A stretch of 64,000 nt of DNA, from NCBI GenBank assembly GCA_048885525.1, contig JBHLLP010000013.1:20643-84642 (forward strand), given 5' to 3'. Each line of letters starts with the position of its first letter. The stretch's first letter is position 1. The translations under genes and the position numbers were made by a program. The notes beneath the pieces are model-generated. The model made no database searches. It worked only from the letters and a program-made list of their open reading frames with translations, and was not told where the DNA came from. Source of the stretch: Candidatus Hermodarchaeota archaeon (lineage in GTDB: Archaea > Asgardarchaeota > Lokiarchaeia > Sigyniarchaeales > SOKP01). Below, one piece after another: positions 60,936 to 64,000 of the stretch.

Positions 60936-61976
60936 TTGTTTTATATTTATATTTTTTTTATTATTCTATCTCATATGGATACCACAGTCGTCGGAAGCTG
61001 GCCTTTAGGTAATAATCATAAAAATATGCTAAGAATTTTTTCAGATTTAATTCAAATAGGTATTGATTTTCCATGCTACCCACAACTCTTATCAATGACA
61101 CACCAATTCTTAAATCCTTTATCTGAAATAATTCCTCAAATAAAAAAATTAGAAGAAAAATTTTATTTATATGAGGATTTTGAATTACCTAAACAACCAA
61201 TTGCCTTGGAATATGGAAAATTTATTATTGATTTTTTTAATGAACACCCTGATCTTAAAACATTAATTAAAGGTACAAAAGCTTGCCTAACTGGACCATT
61301 CACCTTAACATTTGAGACAATCCTGAAAAATGATCTTGCTAAAGATTTAAAACCAATAATGTTCGAAGAACCAAGAGCAGTTATGGTAGATTGGATTGTG
61401 GATAAATTTGCTGAAATTATAAAGCAAGTAGCTTTTGCCTATAACGATATGGGAATAGATATTATTTCTTGCGATGAACCTATACTTGGCTTATTAGTAG
61501 GCAGGAAGATTTTATTCCATTCAGAAGATTTTATAATCAGTACTATTAATAAAGCAATATCAGGGATAAAAGGCTTGTCATCTATACATGTATGTGGAAG
61601 TATTAGTCCTAATTTACGCGATCTTCTTTTAAAAACAAATGTGAAGATTTTGGATCATGAATTCAGTACTAATGAGCAAAATTTTAAGATTTTTGAACAG
61701 AAACATTTCCAAGAAGCTGATAAATACTTAGCTTTGGGAACAGTTGAATCAAAATTTACTCCTCTTCCTAATAAAAAAATATATGATTATGTAGAAAAAG
61801 TCGAGTTTCTTAAAGCATTTATAAGGAGAGGCATAGAAAAATATGGGAGAGAGAATTTAATTATTAAACCTGATTGTGGATTTTACCCATTAAAGGTTTT
61901 CGGAGAACAAGATGGTTACGAAATAGCAATTAAAAAAGTGAAAAATATGGTTCTCGCCTTAAATGAATTAAAATAG
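60936..61976 (+). CDS. Single-barrel (core) cobalamin-independent methionine synthase-like protein
   Basis: TTVVGSWP, YPQL, KACLTGPFTL, DEP, Zn ligands HVCG / HEF / KPDCGF; probable start at the internal MDTTVVGS. Confidence 0.8.
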   Translation: MFYIYIFFIILSHMDTTVVGSWPLGNNHKNMLRIFSDLIQIGIDFPCYPQLLSMTHQFLNPLSEIIPQIKKLEEKFYLYEDFELPKQPIALEYGKFIIDFFNEHPDLKTLIKGTKACLTGPFTLTFETILKNDLAKDLKPIMFEEPRAVMVDWIVDKFAEIIKQVAFAYNDMGIDIISCDEPILGLLVGRKILFHSEDFIISTINKAISGIKGLSSIHVCGSISPNLRDLLLKTNVKILDHEFSTNEQNFKIFEQKHFQEADKYLALGTVESKFTPLPNKKIYDYVEKVEFLKAFIRRGIEKYGRENLIIKPDCGFYPLKVFGEQDGYEIAIKKVKNMVLALNELK

Positions 61977-62040
61977 ATAAATTAAATTTAAGGTTGGCAA
62001 AGATTAATATTAAAAATTAAAATTAATTTACAAAAAATAT

Positions 62041-62691
62041 TTATCCTTGTAATTCCTTGCGAAGTTTTTCGATCTCATCTTTTAATTGATCTTTAGATTT
62101 AACTTCAGCTTCTTCCTCTAATTCGTCAAACTCAGGTATATATTGCAAATCATCTGAAGGAATTTCAGGCATTGCCCCTCCTTGATCTAGAAGCATTTCG
62201 GTTTCAAGTTGATTTAATTCATCTGTTACATCAATAGCAAAGTCAATCTCTGGATCACCAGCTAAAATGTCTGCAGCTTCTTCAATTTCAGCAACATATG
62301 CTTCAGAATCCTCTGCAATTTCAGCTACTTTAGTGGGTGATGCTTTAGTTGCTATATATTCAAGCTCATCTCTTATACCTCCCATAACATCGCCTGTTTG
62401 AGAGATAAGCATACCTTCTTCTATCGCTTGAATCTGTCTTTCTATTTTTAATCTGATATTATTAGATCGATCAACCTTCGCTTGATAGGCTTTATATTGA
62501 ACAAGATAATTTTTAGCTCGATCTTTTTCTCCCCGTTTTAAAGCAATTTTTGCATTTTTCCGACTGATCTCAGCACGTTTAGTGTAATTTTTGTTCATCA
62601 TATTTAATTTGTGTATATGTCCTTTTGCTTTTGCCACTAAATCATCCTTTTCTTTACCTTTACGAGGAAAAAGTTTCTTTTTTAGACCCAT
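62041..62691 (-). CDS. snf7: Snf7-family ESCRT-III subunit (Vps20/32/60, CHMP4-7-like)
   Basis: Basic N-terminal half (AKIALKRGEKDRAKNYL...QIQAIE), acidic C-terminal half (EIEEAADILAG..DELNQLE), MPEIP and EIEKLRKEL tail motifs. Confidence 0.88.
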   Translation of the reverse strand: MGLKKKLFPRKGKEKDDLVAKAKGHIHKLNMMNKNYTKRAEISRKNAKIALKRGEKDRAKNYLVQYKAYQAKVDRSNNIRLKIERQIQAIEEGMLISQTGDVMGGIRDELEYIATKASPTKVAEIAEDSEAYVAEIEEAADILAGDPEIDFAIDVTDELNQLETEMLLDQGGAMPEIPSDDLQYIPEFDELEEEAEVKSKDQLKDEIEKLRKELQG

Positions 62692-62832
62692 TTTAAGATT
62701 ACTCCTTATAGAGGTTTAATATTATTATTTCTGATTATGAATTATATGATTTTTCTAACTTAAAAATTTAATATTATTTGCTATAATATAATAAAATAAT
62801 TCTTATCAAAAAAGTTTAGCCTAGACCAATAT

Positions 62833-63957
62833 TTGATTACGATGAAAAAAATTATATTAGATTTTGAATCCAAGCGTGAAAATTTCAAAGAATTGATTCA
62901 CGAAGCACTCAATAATAACTTTATACATTTCTTAATTTCTAAAGAGACAGTAAAAGAATTTGAAAAGATTGAAAGATCACAGTTATATTCTAGGGATCTT
63001 AACATCCCTTCTAAATATTTGATTTATGCTGATAAGAAAAAATTCGAAGAAAATCTGAATAAGGTGAAATATAGATATAAAAACTCTGGCTTTTTCATTA
63101 ATTTAAACAGGAAAGATGATGAGAAGGAAATAATTGAATTATCAAAAACTGGAAATTTCGATTTCATATTAGTTTCTGCTAAGGATTGGATGATAATTCC
63201 CTTTGAAAATCTTATAGCTGAGATGCATTCAAACGATACAGATTTAATCGCATTAGTTGATTCTATTAAGGAAGCTAAATTAGTCTTTAATATCTTAGAA
63301 ATTGGAGTTGATGGTATTCTCTTCAAGCCAAATGATATAGATGATATTAGTAAGTTGAAAAATATGCTACAAACAGAAATTCATATTGACTTAACTATAG
63401 CTAAAATTACAAATATTCAACATATTCCTGAAGCTGAGAGAGTCTGTGTCGATTCCACCTCCCTCCTTAATATTGGAGAGGGATTTTTAGTAGGTTCTAC
63501 TGCAAAGGGATTTTGTTTGATTCATTCTGAAACAATTGATACAGAATTTGTTTCTCCAAGACCATTTCGAGTAAATGCTGGAGATGTCTCATCTTATATT
63601 TTAGTACCTGATGATGATCTTGAAAGAATTTATTGTACAAAGTATCTTAGTGAATTAAAAGGGGGAGATCGAGTTTTAGCTGTTACCTATAACGGTGAAG
63701 CGAGAATAGTTTCAATTGGTAGAGTGAAAATTGAAACAAGACCTATGCTTAGATTTGAATTAGAAGTTTTACACGATATTAACAAATTAAACTTAAGCTG
63801 TATATGCCAAAATGCTGAAACCATTAGATTAGTTGATTCTAATGGAAAAGCTAAATCTGTTGTTGATGTAAACGTAGGAGATAATGTATTAGTACATATT
63901 GGACGTGGTGCTACCCATTTTGGCAAATTAATTACAGAATCTATTATTGAAAAGTAA
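62833..63957 (+). CDS. 3-dehydroquinate synthase II
   Basis: DWMIIPFENLIA, LEIGVDG, RVCVDST, GEGFLVGS, RPFRVNAG, GRVKIETRP, QNAETIRL, ATHFG. Confidence 0.93.
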   Translation: MITMKKIILDFESKRENFKELIHEALNNNFIHFLISKETVKEFEKIERSQLYSRDLNIPSKYLIYADKKKFEENLNKVKYRYKNSGFFINLNRKDDEKEIIELSKTGNFDFILVSAKDWMIIPFENLIAEMHSNDTDLIALVDSIKEAKLVFNILEIGVDGILFKPNDIDDISKLKNMLQTEIHIDLTIAKITNIQHIPEAERVCVDSTSLLNIGEGFLVGSTAKGFCLIHSETIDTEFVSPRPFRVNAGDVSSYILVPDDDLERIYCTKYLSELKGGDRVLAVTYNGEARIVSIGRVKIETRPMLRFELEVLHDINKLNLSCICQNAETIRLVDSNGKAKSVVDVNVGDNVLVHIGRGATHFGKLITESIIEK

Positions 63958-64000
63958 GAAGATTTAAAGCTTTTCAATTCAATGAAAATTCTCTTGAAAA

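Noticed and set aside
1-64000. tRNA/rRNA genes, CRISPR arrays, IS elements, proviral or defence genes
   Set aside because: No GC-rich structured RNA-like stretch, spaced repeat array, transposase, integrase or defence motif was recognised by eye. tRNAscan-SE/Infernal would be needed to exclude small RNAs.

Overview
Very AT-rich, gene-dense archaeal chromosomal DNA, most consistent with an Asgard archaeon of the Lokiarchaeia type. The assignment rests on the H4MPT/F420 C1 enzymes (ftr, mtd, mch), the archaeal/eukaryotic-type GlyRS, eL33 and DHQ synthase II, and several eukaryotic-signature proteins: a Rag/Gtr-like GTPase with a roadblock-like tail, a Rab-like GTPase, an Snf7/ESCRT-III subunit, a presenilin, and LRR and TPR proteins. 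About 50 CDSs are supported, including a gcvT-H-PA-PB operon, a purine salvage triad, glycogen synthase with two MFS transporters, and tandem secernin/C69 peptidases. I saw no rRNA, tRNA, CRISPR array, transposase or integrase. The best system-level candidate is 58908-62691. There, a 661-aa protein (three putative Zn sites, helical bundle, PH/GRAM-like domain, P/Q/N-rich disordered linker, C-terminal Vps23/TSG101 steadiness-box-like segment) lies one gene from an Snf7-type ESCRT-III gene, suggesting a fused ESCRT-0/I/II-like adaptor module. Also notable are a presenilin closely resembling eukaryotic PSEN, an XPD helicase (and probably a second gene) that appears to start at ATA, a degenerate FrhB, several microproteins missed by the ORF track, and two clear palindromic sites. 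All family calls are by motif recognition; no searches were run.
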